From assembly GCA_051648545.1 (NCBI GenBank), contig JBOFFI010000010.1:19383-83382 (forward strand): 64,000 bases of DNA, in the 5' to 3' direction. The position numbers and the translations under genes were made by a program. Source of the stretch: Alphaproteobacteria bacterium. Lineage in GTDB: Bacteria; Pseudomonadota; Alphaproteobacteria; Holosporales; JBOFFI01. Numbering within the stretch: position 1 is the first letter of the stretch; each line of letters begins with the position of its first letter. The notes below the pieces were generated by a model. That model searched no databases. It was not told the DNA's origin and saw nothing but the letters and a program-made list of their open reading frames with translations. Positions 28,537-38,538 of the stretch are shown here, in pieces.

Positions 28537-30252
28537 GTGAAGCCAATTCAATGGGGTTCTATTTTTCCACTTTCTTTTTTAGTAGGATTGCTCAGTTTTC
28601 CTTCCTCTGGGTTGGCTCATTTAACTTCTGAGCTGACATTTGATGCTAAAGGAACTATTGCAAAGACCGCTCTTGCTGGCGAAGCGTTTCAATGTATCAA
28701 CATTCGTGTAACACATGAAAACGAGAAAAATGTTTTTTCGTTCCTCAAAACCCACCAGGGTTTTTTTCAAAATGTTTCCTTGCGGTTAGAACTTTTTCAA
28801 GGGCTTAATCTTGATTTTCTTGTTTACCTAACAGGCGCTGTCCGAGAGCTTCATATCGGCCCGTGCCAGTGGACTCCTGAAGCAATAAAAACTGTCAATC
28901 GTTGTCTGTGCAAGCTTTCTGCTGGGTTGAAAGTCCTTAATTTATCAAAAACAGGTCTTACATCTGAGGTTTTTGAAAAAATTTTTGCAAACTGCCATGC
29001 CTTCCATAAATTAGAAACCCTTGACCTCAGTCATAATCATTTAGACCCTAGCTTTTCACATTTTTTTGCGGAGTTGAGCAAAAATCAGTTTGAAAAATTA
29101 AAAAAATTCAAACTTTCTCATAATTCACTCGGAAAAAATTCTGCTGAGATTTTAGGAAAATCTCTCAGTTTAATCCCTATCACAGAACTTAATGTTTCCT
29201 ATAACCAATTTTCTCCAGAAGTTTTTTTAAAATTTGCGCCATACCTTCCCCAAAGCTTAAAAAAGCTTAGTTTGGAAGGTAACAGCCTTGGAACTGCAGG
29301 GGCCCAGATTCTATCTTCACATCTACCACCTGGCTTAAAATCTCTTCATTTAGGTTTTACGGATTTGGATGATAGCGCTTTATCTTGGATTATCCACCAC
29401 CTCCCGAAAAGTTTAAAAAAGCTTTGTATTAAAGGAAATGTATTGGGTAAGTTAGCTTCTCGAGAGCTTTCAGCTTATGTACAAAAGACCCCTTTAACTT
29501 TTTTAAGTTTGGCAAAGATGGATATTTCGTTGAAACGTTACTATCGCTTAATGCCTGCTTTATGGAATCTTGCGGCGTCTTTGAAGCATTTTGATTTTTC
29601 GCACAATACCTTAACCTCTTTTTTTATCAAAATATTGAATTTTTCTAACTTCAAAAAATTGCAAATCCTTCAGTTGAACGGAAGTTCTCTTGGAGATGAG
29701 GGGATCAAAACGCTCCTTGAAACCCAGCTACCTTCTAGCTTGAAATTTCTTGAATTAGCCGGCAATGCCATTGGTTGCGCTGGCATTACAGCGCTTAAGC
29801 GCTATTTGGAGAAACACGCAGAAAATTTAAATCTGTCTTATCTTGATTTGAGGCACAACCAATCTGTGGATCAAGCATTTCAATTGGCTTCACAGGCTGC
29901 TATTCCTTCTCAGCTTGAGCAATCATTTCCTGGGGAATGTTTTGCTTATTCCAGGAGAACAAGCTCTCTCGTGATCCAATTTTTGAGACGGTTAAGCCTG
30001 TGTGCGGAAAAGGGGAGGTGTTGTGGGGTTTTAGCTCATCTCACCGTTTCTCGAAAGACGGTTTCTAGGCAAGATCCAAATCCTGTTTTTGAAAAGATAA
30101 AACTTCAGTTTTGCAATTTAGACATTAAACCTGATGGATTAAGCTTATTTTCTAAAAATCTTCTGGATATTTTTCCGTTACGTGGAGCTCTCAGCTCTTT
30201 TTCAAAAAAATTTGCGGTTTGGGGAAATATATCGTGGGAATTTAAGCGTTAG
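28537..30252 (+). CDS. Exported RI-like leucine-rich-repeat protein
   Basis: Signal peptide; about a dozen LxxLxLxxNxLG repeats; GGAGG RBS before GTG. Confidence 0.8.
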   Translation: MKPIQWGSIFPLSFLVGLLSFPSSGLAHLTSELTFDAKGTIAKTALAGEAFQCINIRVTHENEKNVFSFLKTHQGFFQNVSLRLELFQGLNLDFLVYLTGAVRELHIGPCQWTPEAIKTVNRCLCKLSAGLKVLNLSKTGLTSEVFEKIFANCHAFHKLETLDLSHNHLDPSFSHFFAELSKNQFEKLKKFKLSHNSLGKNSAEILGKSLSLIPITELNVSYNQFSPEVFLKFAPYLPQSLKKLSLEGNSLGTAGAQILSSHLPPGLKSLHLGFTDLDDSALSWIIHHLPKSLKKLCIKGNVLGKLASRELSAYVQKTPLTFLSLAKMDISLKRYYRLMPALWNLAASLKHFDFSHNTLTSFFIKILNFSNFKKLQILQLNGSSLGDEGIKTLLETQLPSSLKFLELAGNAIGCAGITALKRYLEKHAENLNLSYLDLRHNQSVDQAFQLASQAAIPSQLEQSFPGECFAYSRRTSSLVIQFLRRLSLCAEKGRCCGVLAHLTVSRKTVSRQDPNPVFEKIKLQFCNLDIKPDGLSLFSKNLLDIFPLRGALSSFSKKFAVWGNISWEFKR

Positions 30253-30330
30253 AACTTAAAATTGACAAATTGACTTTTTCATTTATTCTTTGGAGCTTAT
30301 TAAAAAATTTGTTCCAAAGAAAGCTGCTTT

Positions 30331-30891
30331 ATGAAATTGTTTCATGCAAAATTTTGCCAATGCTTACTCTGGGGGTTTATAGCCTTATCTAATGCAAGCA
30401 TCTCCCTTTCCTATGGCATGTCTGGGAAAAACGCACCTTCCCCTGAAGAAGAACATCTGTCGCCAGCCGAGATTTCACATCACGCGAATGTTGAAAAAAC
30501 TTCTGGGGAGCAAATTGGATTTTCCACATTTTTTAGAGATTTACCCCTTGAAATTTATCAGAAAATTTTAGCTGACGTCTTGCCCCAAACCCAAGTCGAT
30601 ACATTAGGTCTGAGATATAACTTTATTTATGGCGATGGGATAAAAATTTTAGGAGACGTGTTACCCCAATCAAAGATAAAATGTTTGGATGTAAGCCACA
30701 ATTTGATAGATGGCTTAGCAATATATACAATATATAAGTTTGTTACTGAAGTTTTCTCCCAAACCCAGCTCGTAAAATTAGATTGTAGCGCCAACCAACT
30801 TCTTCTTTTTAGCAAGAAGCATCTTCGGGAACAAGTTTACACAAACGCAAAGGGAAAACATATTGAAGTATATTTTGGGTCAATAGAATAA
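30331..30891 (+). CDS. Exported short F-box-like + LRR protein
   Basis: Signal peptide, FRDLPLEIYQKIL F-box start, three LPQTQ/LPQSK-type LRR units. Confidence 0.65.
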   Translation: MKLFHAKFCQCLLWGFIALSNASISLSYGMSGKNAPSPEEEHLSPAEISHHANVEKTSGEQIGFSTFFRDLPLEIYQKILADVLPQTQVDTLGLRYNFIYGDGIKILGDVLPQSKIKCLDVSHNLIDGLAIYTIYKFVTEVFSQTQLVKLDCSANQLLLFSKKHLREQVYTNAKGKHIEVYFGSIE

Positions 30892-30933
30892 AAAGAAGCG
30901 GCATCCTCGTGGGGGAGGAGAGAGCAAAAATCA

Positions 30934-31215
30934 TCACCCATTTTTATACAAATCTTGCATTTTTTTACGAAGGGTGTTGCGGTGAATGCCCAAAATTTCT
31001 GAGGCTTTCACTTGATTCCCCTGGACTAATTTCAACGTTTCTAACAAAAGGGGTTTTTCAATTTCTCTCAAAATTCGCTCATAAAGACCACTTGCAGGCA
31101 GAAGCTCTCCATGATCTTTAAAATAGGTTTCAAGATAATTCTCCACCATCTGGGCCAAACCAAAGGAGGGGAGAGGGGCTTGGGTCTCTTGTCTAAGCAA
31201 TTCTTGGGAGGGCAT
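30934..31215 (-). CDS. Fis-like helix-turn-helix protein (NtrC C-terminal domain only)
   Basis: [15 protein letters not shown]...[20 protein letters not shown]; start overlaps the dusB end. Confidence 0.85.
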   Translation of the reverse strand: MPSQELLRQETQAPLPSFGLAQMVENYLETYFKDHGELLPASGLYERILREIEKPLLLETLKLVQGNQVKASEILGIHRNTLRKKMQDLYKNG

Positions 31216-32224
31216 GGTCTTTTTCCGGTAACAATTGGTCGTAAAAATTTTTCACATGCTGACGCACGTCTTCTGGTTGAGAGAGTTGATTGAGGTGAGC
31301 TCTAAATTCGCTGGAATTATAAAAGGATTTGCTGTACCAGCCCAGGTGCTTTCTAGCAATTCTGATCCCGGCTTCCTCACCATAGTGAACAAGAATAGTC
31401 TCAAAATGCTCCAGAGCTGTTTCTTGTTGCTCTTTAAGGGAAGGGGAGGCAAGATGATCGCCTGTTGCTAAAAAGTGGCTCACCTGCTTTAAAAACCAAG
31501 GTCGTCCATAAACACCGCGTCCAATCATAACACCATCAGCGCCTGAAACGTCCAAAAGTTCTTTAGCTTTTTCGCAAGTTGTCACGTCTCCATTTCCCAC
31601 AACTGGGATGGAAACTGCTTCTTTAACCTTTTGGATAAAGGGCCAATCTGCTTGCCCTTCATACAGCTGACAACGGGTTCGGCCGTGAACGGTGATCATC
31701 TGGATCCCGCAGGCTTCGGCAATTTTGGCCAGTTGGGGAGCGTTTTGAGAGCGATCGTCCCACCCTTTGCGCATTTTTAAGGTAACGGGGACCGAAACCG
31801 CTTTAACGGTTGCTTCTAAGATTTTAGCCGCATGGGCTTCATCCCGCATCAGGGCAGAACCCGCATGGCCGTTCACAACCTTTTTCACAGGGCATCCCAT
31901 GTTGATATCAATCATCACGGCGCCTAAATCAACGTTTAGACGAGCAGCTTCCGCCATCACCTGGGGGTCACATCCCGCAAGCTGGACCGCCATGGGGTAT
32001 TCTTCTGGGGTGTGCTTGACCATCCGCATGGATTGGCGTGTGTGGCGCACCATCGCTTCGCTTGCAATCATCTCTGAGATAACCAGCGAGGCGCCATAGC
32101 GCTTAACAAGCCGCCTGAAGGGCATGTCAGTTACACCAGACAGGGGAGCAAGAATCACATTATCCCGAAGGGTTATAGGACCAATCTGCAGGGGGCGAGC
32201 CAAAAAAGCGGGTTGCATCATCAC
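31193..32224 (-). CDS. dusB: tRNA-dihydrouridine synthase B (NifR3)
   Basis: [42 protein letters not shown]. Confidence 0.95.
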   Translation of the reverse strand: MMMQPAFLARPLQIGPITLRDNVILAPLSGVTDMPFRRLVKRYGASLVISEMIASEAMVRHTRQSMRMVKHTPEEYPMAVQLAGCDPQVMAEAARLNVDLGAVMIDINMGCPVKKVVNGHAGSALMRDEAHAAKILEATVKAVSVPVTLKMRKGWDDRSQNAPQLAKIAEACGIQMITVHGRTRCQLYEGQADWPFIQKVKEAVSIPVVGNGDVTTCEKAKELLDVSGADGVMIGRGVYGRPWFLKQVSHFLATGDHLASPSLKEQQETALEHFETILVHYGEEAGIRIARKHLGWYSKSFYNSSEFRAHLNQLSQPEDVRQHVKNFYDQLLPEKDHALPRIA

Positions 32225-32327
32225 GGGGGGTTCTCGGGCTCATTCAATCAAATTTATAGGTCTATGGCTTAAGAGCCAGATCATAGCAGACTGCTGATCT
32301 TTTGTGCAATACTTGTGTTAGCTGTTT

Positions 32328-33278
32328 TTAACCCCGAAGGGGAGCTTTAAGAAAAGAGAGAATCGTCTCTGGGATTTTTTCAGGATGTTCCATGTCAAAA
32401 ATAAGGTCAGGGTGGGTTTGGTGTCGAAACCAGGTATCCTGCCGTTTTGCATATTGCTGAACCCGGGTGATGGCCTGCTCTTTTGCGTCGGTGAGGGAGA
32501 GCCTCCCTTCGAGGTATGCTTGTATATCCTGAAAGCCAGCTGCGCGCCTTAAAGGCGAGCTTGCGGCATGGGGCTTTTTTAAAAACAATACTACTTCCGC
32601 AAGGATGTTTTCCAAAGACGTTTCAAAGCGCGCTCGGATTCTTTCCCTTAAAATAGAGCGGGGAGGCGCCAGGTGGATGTGTAAAAAAGGGTAGGGCGCT
32701 TTGCTTTTGTCGGCTTTTTGCCAAAAGCTTAAGGGTTTTTGGGTTTGTTCATAGACCAAAAGCCCCCGGCAGATACGTTGCCTATCTTGGGGCGAGAGGG
32801 AACTGGCGAGAGAGCCGTCCACGTTTTGAAGCTGTTCATAAAGGGCTTCTGTTGAAAGATGAGCAATTCTTTGAAGAAAGTGCTGTTTAGCCTGTGGAGA
32901 AATTTCTGGCATTTCAGAAATCCCCTGGGAAAGGGCTTTAAGGTAGAAACCTGTTCCTCCAACGACCCATGGCATCTTTCCTTGTTGAAAGGATCGTTCA
33001 ATCTCTTGGCAAGCAAGATTTTTCCATAAAGCGACACTGGCTCCTTGAAAATCATAAGGAAAGACACGGTAAAGCCGATGCTCTTCCTGGGCTAAATCTT
33101 CCTGGGAAGGAGACGCAGTTAAAAGAGGCAACCCTGCATAAAGTTGCATGCTATCCGCATTAATCAGCGTGACTGGTATGTGAGACGCCATCTGAAGGGC
33201 TAGTTTTGATTTACCACTGGCAGTAGGGCCACTTAAAAGCACAACAGGGGATGGATTCAAAGTCGATGCTAGACACAT
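32328..33278 (-). CDS. miaA: tRNA dimethylallyltransferase
   Basis: GPTASGKS, NADSMQ, VGGTGFY, YAKRQxTWF. Confidence 0.95.
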   Translation of the reverse strand: MCLASTLNPSPVVLLSGPTASGKSKLALQMASHIPVTLINADSMQLYAGLPLLTASPSQEDLAQEEHRLYRVFPYDFQGASVALWKNLACQEIERSFQQGKMPWVVGGTGFYLKALSQGISEMPEISPQAKQHFLQRIAHLSTEALYEQLQNVDGSLASSLSPQDRQRICRGLLVYEQTQKPLSFWQKADKSKAPYPFLHIHLAPPRSILRERIRARFETSLENILAEVVLFLKKPHAASSPLRRAAGFQDIQAYLEGRLSLTDAKEQAITRVQQYAKRQDTWFRHQTHPDLIFDMEHPEKIPETILSFLKAPLRG

Positions 33279-34288
33279 GGGAGGGAAGCATCTGCAAGGT
33301 GCTGCTTAACAATTTCAGCAACCCGTTGGGTTTCCAAAAAAGGCGCCCGCGCCCAAAAATGAAGCTCACCTTTAAACGGTTTGCTGATGCCTATTTCAAA
33401 AAAGCGTTGGTGGAAAACTTCAAATTTTGATGCTGCACCTGGAAGCGGATAGACGAAAATAGGTTTGTCTGTTGCTGCGGCTTCACAAAGCATCGAAACA
33501 GAGTCTTGGGTTACGAGGATGTAATCTGCCATGGCTAAAAAAGCGAAATAAGGAGTTTTTCCTTCTCCGTTCCACAAAAAAAGCGGAATTTCAGAAGCAA
33601 GCGTTTCTAAAATCTGGCGGACTTTCAAAGGCGTTCTGCGGGAACAGGTCATCAGAAAACCACACCCGGTTTGTTCATGAAGGCGCTTCAAATCTTTTCC
33701 AAGGGTTGTGGCTTCTTTTTTTCCAAAAGTCAGGTGGCGGTTTGGCCCTCCCACTAAAACCGTCACAAGGGGATGGGGGAGGTTATCCCAAGCACCTCGA
33801 AATTCTAAGGCTTCTTGGGCAAGCCGTTCTGGGGTTACCCGATGGAGCGCACCGCAGGTTTCAAGCACGTTGTCACCTTTCAGGGCGTCATGGCTGGGCG
33901 CGATAACCCAATCAAATTGTTTTAAATCCATTCTGGGATTCTGGAGGGCGATAGTAAAGCAACGGCCTTTGGAAGCTTTTCGAATTTTAGCCGCCGCTAG
34001 GGTTGCGACCGTTCCCGCAGCCACAAGCAGGTTGGGCCAGGGAGGCGTTAAGGGCAGGGAAGTTTCTTCAACGCCAATCCAAGGTAGAAGCCAAAAAGAA
34101 CGTGGCATTGCCTTCAGCAACGGGTGGACAGATAAAGAAAAAAACGTGTAAGAAAAACCGAGGGCCTCTAAAAGCCCTATTCCCTGATTACGTGTACCTG
34201 TTTTATGCTGATCAACCAAAAACCAGGTAGGACAAAAAGAAGATTGTAAGATTTTTTTATGCGAAGCATCCTGTTTTTTTTGGGTCAA
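33269..34288 (-). CDS. ELM1-family protein (mitochondrial fission ELM1-like / DUF1022)
   Basis: PPWPNL, FDWVIAPSHD, SRRTP, VTQDSVSMLCEAA. Confidence 0.85.
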   Translation of the reverse strand: MTQKKQDASHKKILQSSFCPTWFLVDQHKTGTRNQGIGLLEALGFSYTFFSLSVHPLLKAMPRSFWLLPWIGVEETSLPLTPPWPNLLVAAGTVATLAAAKIRKASKGRCFTIALQNPRMDLKQFDWVIAPSHDALKGDNVLETCGALHRVTPERLAQEALEFRGAWDNLPHPLVTVLVGGPNRHLTFGKKEATTLGKDLKRLHEQTGCGFLMTCSRRTPLKVRQILETLASEIPLFLWNGEGKTPYFAFLAMADYILVTQDSVSMLCEAAATDKPIFVYPLPGAASKFEVFHQRFFEIGISKPFKGELHFWARAPFLETQRVAEIVKQHLADASLPCV

Positions 34289-34353
34289 AGAACCCCCCCC
34301 TTTTTGGTACGATTAGCAAAAATTACCAAATGACAGAGGCTTTCAAGACAAGC

Positions 34354-34848
34354 TTACTTAAAAACAACCGAAATGACTTCATAAGATTTGCCTCCTCTAG
34401 GGGTTGAGACTTCGAAAGTTTCTCCCTTTTCCCGCCCTATCAAAGATGCAGCCAAAGGTGAAGAAACAGACAGAAGGCCCTCTTTGATGTTAGCCTCGTC
34501 CTCGCCTACAACTTGATAAGTTATCTCTTCTTCGGTGTCTTCATCAAAAAGGGTAACCGTGGCCCCAAAACGTACGCGAAACCCTGATAATTTAGAAACA
34601 TCGATCACCTCAGCCCTGGAGATTTTGTCTTCTAATTCTATAATTCGACCTTCTACGAAGGCTTGGCGATCTCGCGCAGCGTGATATTCAGCATTTTCAG
34701 ACAAATCACCGTGCTTGCGAGCTTCAGCAATGGCCTGAATAACTTTATACCTTTCGATAGTTTTTAAAAAACGCAATTCATCCTGTAAACGCTTATATCC
34801 AAGGGTTGTAATAAGAATTTTTTTAATTTGATTCAAGAGCGCAACCAT
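34354..34848 (-). CDS. greA: Transcription elongation factor GreA
   Basis: HGDLSENAEYHAA, SVSSPLA. Confidence 0.97.
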   Translation of the reverse strand: MVALLNQIKKILITTLGYKRLQDELRFLKTIERYKVIQAIAEARKHGDLSENAEYHAARDRQAFVEGRIIELEDKISRAEVIDVSKLSGFRVRFGATVTLFDEDTEEEITYQVVGEDEANIKEGLLSVSSPLAASLIGREKGETFEVSTPRGGKSYEVISVVFK

Positions 34849-35086
34849 CTAGTTTAAAATAAATTTTTCGTTAAAATTATTAGTCAGACACTCTAGTGCT
34901 ATTTTAAAATTTTTTCAAGCAGTTTGTAGGAGTTCAGATGATATGAAGACTCAAAGTTTCCTAGCTAGATTTTGTTTCAAATTTTGGGGTCACAAAAAAT
35001 GACTTTTCAAAAAAGGCAAAATTTTGTAGAAAAGAAAAGGAGAAGCACGCTGGATTAAAGAAAAAAAAATCGAAAGGATTTAGCCT

Positions 35087-35737
35087 GTGCAACCTGTGAT
35101 ATATGCATTTTTGCTTGGCAGCATGCTTTTTTTTAACTTTGAAACGCAGGCTGAACCAGAGGTTTCCCTGGAATCTGAGCAATTGTTGAACCAAATTCCC
35201 CCTTTTCCATTTCAGCATCTATTGGGAAACGAAGAAGCAAAAGCTTGCACCGTGGTGGTTTACACCTCGCTTTCCTGTGACGCTTGTGCGACATTTCACA
35301 AAAACGTGGGGGACTTGCTTAAAAAGTATCCCAAGCTGCGGGTTATTTCTAGGGATTACCCAACAGACGGCCCCTCTTTGATGGCATCGCTTTTGTGTTG
35401 GTGTCAGCCAGAAAAATCTCAGCCCCTTCGAAAAGCCTTTTATGAAAAACAAAAAGCGTGGGTCAATTTGCAAGATCCAAGGGAATTTTTAAAGCAGATA
35501 GCCCAAGAAGAAGGCTTGTCTAAGGGAGCAATTGAAGCCTGTTTAGAAGATAAAGCCTATCTGAAGCACGTGATGGAATTTAAATTGCGAGAAAAAACCC
35601 TTACAAAGCTTGAGTCAGTTCCCTTAGCTTTTGTGATAAGCTATCCCAACGATTCGCCCCAAAAGCCTTCTGTTGAGCGTATAGAACACGCAGATCTTGA
35701 AAAAATTGAAGCTGTTGTTGCGAAATATTTTCCATAG
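35087..35737 (+). CDS. DsbA-like thioredoxin-domain protein
   Basis: Signal peptide, YTSLSCDACATFH CxxC, RDYP, SVP cis-Pro loop. Confidence 0.8.
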   Translation: MQPVIYAFLLGSMLFFNFETQAEPEVSLESEQLLNQIPPFPFQHLLGNEEAKACTVVVYTSLSCDACATFHKNVGDLLKKYPKLRVISRDYPTDGPSLMASLLCWCQPEKSQPLRKAFYEKQKAWVNLQDPREFLKQIAQEEGLSKGAIEACLEDKAYLKHVMEFKLREKTLTKLESVPLAFVISYPNDSPQKPSVERIEHADLEKIEAVVAKYFP

Positions 35738-35821
35738 AATCCGTTGGGCGGTTTAACCTTTTTTTAAATGCTGTTACGACATCATAAAATATATCATTAA
35801 CACATTGAAAAGAGGTGGATT

Positions 35822-36778
35822 ATGAGGCTCAAAGAATGTCTTCACTTTCAAGCCCTGTGTTTTATTTTTTCAGGATTGATGCTTCAACATGAAGCTGTGG
35901 CGGAAGCTGAGTCTGAAGTTGTGGCTGTTTATAAATTTAAAGAGGGCACAAAACCATTCACATTATACAAAGAACCCTATGCTGAGCCTTCTAAACAGAT
36001 AGAAACGCCGAAACCTGAAGAGATAAAGCCTGAAACTCAAAAAACCGAGCCAAAGCCTATGGAGATTGGCAAGCCAGAGCAACGGAATGAACCATCCACC
36101 AAACCACAGCCACAATCACAACCACAGGCTGAAGAAGAGAGGGTTGAATCTTATCATCGAAAAGAAACTAAAAACCTTCCACGTCCTACCATTTTGCCTT
36201 CTAATCCCTCTGTGTTTGAAGCGCCACCAATCCCAACTACCCCAAAACCAACCTCTTCCTTGTTTAACTTTGAAAATCTGGGGTTTATCCAACCTGCTTT
36301 TGCTGGAAAATCTGATCAAGCTGAGCAACTTATTCCAGGCCAACCTATCCCTCTGCCCCACAAGGTTTTTTGGAAAGAAGGGATGGGATTTCAGAAAAAA
36401 CGGAGTTTTCTGGTAAAGACACTTCCTTCAAATGGTTTGTGCGAAGAGGGATTCAACCCAATAGAGATACAAGAATTGGATAGTAAGCAACCCGTAAAAC
36501 AGCGCTGTGTTAAACAGGGTGAGTACGTCTTGATTGAGGTGAGTAAAGACGAAGGGCTTACGGTGCTTAATGGAAAGATCGCTCCCATCTGGAAAGAAAA
36601 AGGTATGAAATTTCAAACCCAAGATAAGGAATATTTAGAACAAAAAAGTCAAAGAGATTTGGCAAAATTAGAAGAAAAATACGCTAAAGAGCGAGCAACC
36701 TTGGAAAAACGCTACGAAAATGAAAAAACAAATTTAAAGGCCAGGTATGGCAATGTTTTTTATATGGAGAATAATTAA
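35822..36778 (+). CDS. Exported Pro/Glu-rich hypothetical protein
   Basis: 318-aa ORF, GAGG RBS, signal ending AVA, Pro-rich middle, charged helical C-terminus. Confidence 0.65.
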   Translation: MRLKECLHFQALCFIFSGLMLQHEAVAEAESEVVAVYKFKEGTKPFTLYKEPYAEPSKQIETPKPEEIKPETQKTEPKPMEIGKPEQRNEPSTKPQPQSQPQAEEERVESYHRKETKNLPRPTILPSNPSVFEAPPIPTTPKPTSSLFNFENLGFIQPAFAGKSDQAEQLIPGQPIPLPHKVFWKEGMGFQKKRSFLVKTLPSNGLCEEGFNPIEIQELDSKQPVKQRCVKQGEYVLIEVSKDEGLTVLNGKIAPIWKEKGMKFQTQDKEYLEQKSQRDLAKLEEKYAKERATLEKRYENEKTNLKARYGNVFYMENN

Positions 36779-37404
36779 AAAAAGCGTTCAATGATTTTTT
36801 CTTGAATTGAGGTTGCGATGGTTTCAATGGGCTGGGTTGCGTCAATGGCTATGCATCTGCCTGGTTCCGCCTGTAACAAGGCTGTATAACCTGCTTGAAC
36901 CCGCTTATGAAACGAAAGCTCCATCTGTTCAAAGCGATTTTCCCCCTGGGGTTGGCTTTTCTTTCGGGCAAGTCCTTGGGAGGCAGGAAGCTCAAACACG
37001 AAGGTTAGGTCTGGGGTCAGGTTTCCCAACGTAAATTTGTTGAGGGCTTGGATGGCTTCAACCCCCAGGCCGTGGGCGTGTCCCTGGTAGACAGACGTGG
37101 AGTCTGCAAACCTATCGCAAATCACCCACTCTTCCCGCTGCAACGCTGGGAGAATCAGCTGCTGGACGTGCTCATGGCGTGCGGCGGACATCAGCAGAGC
37201 TTCTGTGACGGGTGCCCAATCAATCCCTGCATTTAAAAGAAGCTCACGGATGCGTTCGGCGGAGGGGACACCACCTGGCTCTCGGGTTACTTGATGGGGG
37301 ATTTGCCGCGCCTTTAAAAAATCCCGGAGGCGTTGGATTTGGGTGCTTTTCCCGGTTCCTTCACCCCCTTCAAATGTAATGAATACGCCAGCTGTCTTCG
37401 GCAT
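36775..37404 (-). CDS. tmk: Thymidylate kinase
   Basis: FITFEGGEGTGKSTQ, TREPGG, CDRF. Confidence 0.96.
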   Translation of the reverse strand: MPKTAGVFITFEGGEGTGKSTQIQRLRDFLKARQIPHQVTREPGGVPSAERIRELLLNAGIDWAPVTEALLMSAARHEHVQQLILPALQREEWVICDRFADSTSVYQGHAHGLGVEAIQALNKFTLGNLTPDLTFVFELPASQGLARKKSQPQGENRFEQMELSFHKRVQAGYTALLQAEPGRCIAIDATQPIETIATSIQEKIIERFF

Positions 37405-37557
37405 CTTGTCCCTCGTGTTTTTATCCTACATCTATACATATACTGATTTTTGGGTTGGCTCCAGATTTTGAGAAAAAAAATTTTTGATTTTTCTTAAAAA
37501 ACCACTAAACTCCAGAGATTGTCAGAAAAATCTGCTTAAAATCTAGAAAGGGTTCGT

Positions 37558-38505
37558 ATGTTCATGATGTTTCCGGGGCAGGGGGCCCAGTTTGTCGGGA
37601 TGGGGAAGGTTTTCTACGATACCTTTGCCCAAGCAAGGGAGGTCTTCCAAGAAGTTGATGAGGCTTTGAGCATGCCCCTCAGCAAGCTGATTTTTGAGGG
37701 GCCTGAAACCACACTTTCCCAGACTGAGCAAACTCAGCCGGCCCTGATGTGTGTGAGCATGGCGATGGTTCGCACCCTGGAGCAGCACTTCAATTTTTCC
37801 CTTGAGGCGAAGGTGACGTACATGGCGGGTCACTCTTTAGGAGAATATACAGCGCTTACGGCCGCTGGGGTTCTCTCCTTGGCGGAAACGGCCCGCCTTC
37901 TTAAGCTGAGGGGACATGTAATGCAAGAGGCTGTTCCGGAAGGGGAGGGAGCTATGGCAGCCATTTTATCTCTTTCTATGGAGGCTATTGAAGCGCTCGT
38001 CGCAGAAGTTAATCTTGAAATGCCTGGCTTTTTGTGCGCTGTCGCAAACGATAATTGCCCCGGACAGGTGGTGATTAGTGGCCACAGGGGCGCGGTTGAA
38101 AAAGCGATGGAGAAAGCGAAAGAGGCGGGGGCGAAGCGATGTGTCTTGCTTAACGTCAGCGCCCCGTTTCATTCATCCCTGATGGCGCCCGCCAGGCAGG
38201 CGATGGTAGAAGCCCTTCAAGATGTTTCTTTTGGTGTCCCCCGGGTTCCTATTCTGTCTAACATCAGCGCAAGGCCCCAAACAGACCCCGCAACGCTGCG
38301 CGAGCATTTGATGGTCCAAGTTGATGGGCGTGTCCGGTGGCGGGAATCTCTGGAGTATCTTGAAAAAGAGGGAATTGAACTGGCTCTGGAAGTGGGGCCT
38401 GGGACGGTTCTTTCAGGTCTTCTGCGCAAGACCTGTGCAGATTTAAAATCTGTTGCCTTTGCAACGCCCCAAGATATGGAAAACTTTGCGAAAACCTATG
38501 CTTAA
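37558..38505 (+). CDS. fabD: Malonyl-CoA:ACP transacylase
   Basis: FPGQGAQ, TQPAL, GHSLGEY, SAPFHS. Confidence 0.97.
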   Translation: MFMMFPGQGAQFVGMGKVFYDTFAQAREVFQEVDEALSMPLSKLIFEGPETTLSQTEQTQPALMCVSMAMVRTLEQHFNFSLEAKVTYMAGHSLGEYTALTAAGVLSLAETARLLKLRGHVMQEAVPEGEGAMAAILSLSMEAIEALVAEVNLEMPGFLCAVANDNCPGQVVISGHRGAVEKAMEKAKEAGAKRCVLLNVSAPFHSSLMAPARQAMVEALQDVSFGVPRVPILSNISARPQTDPATLREHLMVQVDGRVRWRESLEYLEKEGIELALEVGPGTVLSGLLRKTCADLKSVAFATPQDMENFAKTYA

Positions 38506-38538
38506 TCTATTTTTATTCAACCTAAAAGGAGTGACCCT

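Noticed and set aside
34800-34848. Alternative genetic code or ATT start suggested by greA IKKILIT in place of the usual MxKxPMT
   Set aside because: In-frame ATG and TTG exist just upstream, and all conserved genes translate properly in code 11
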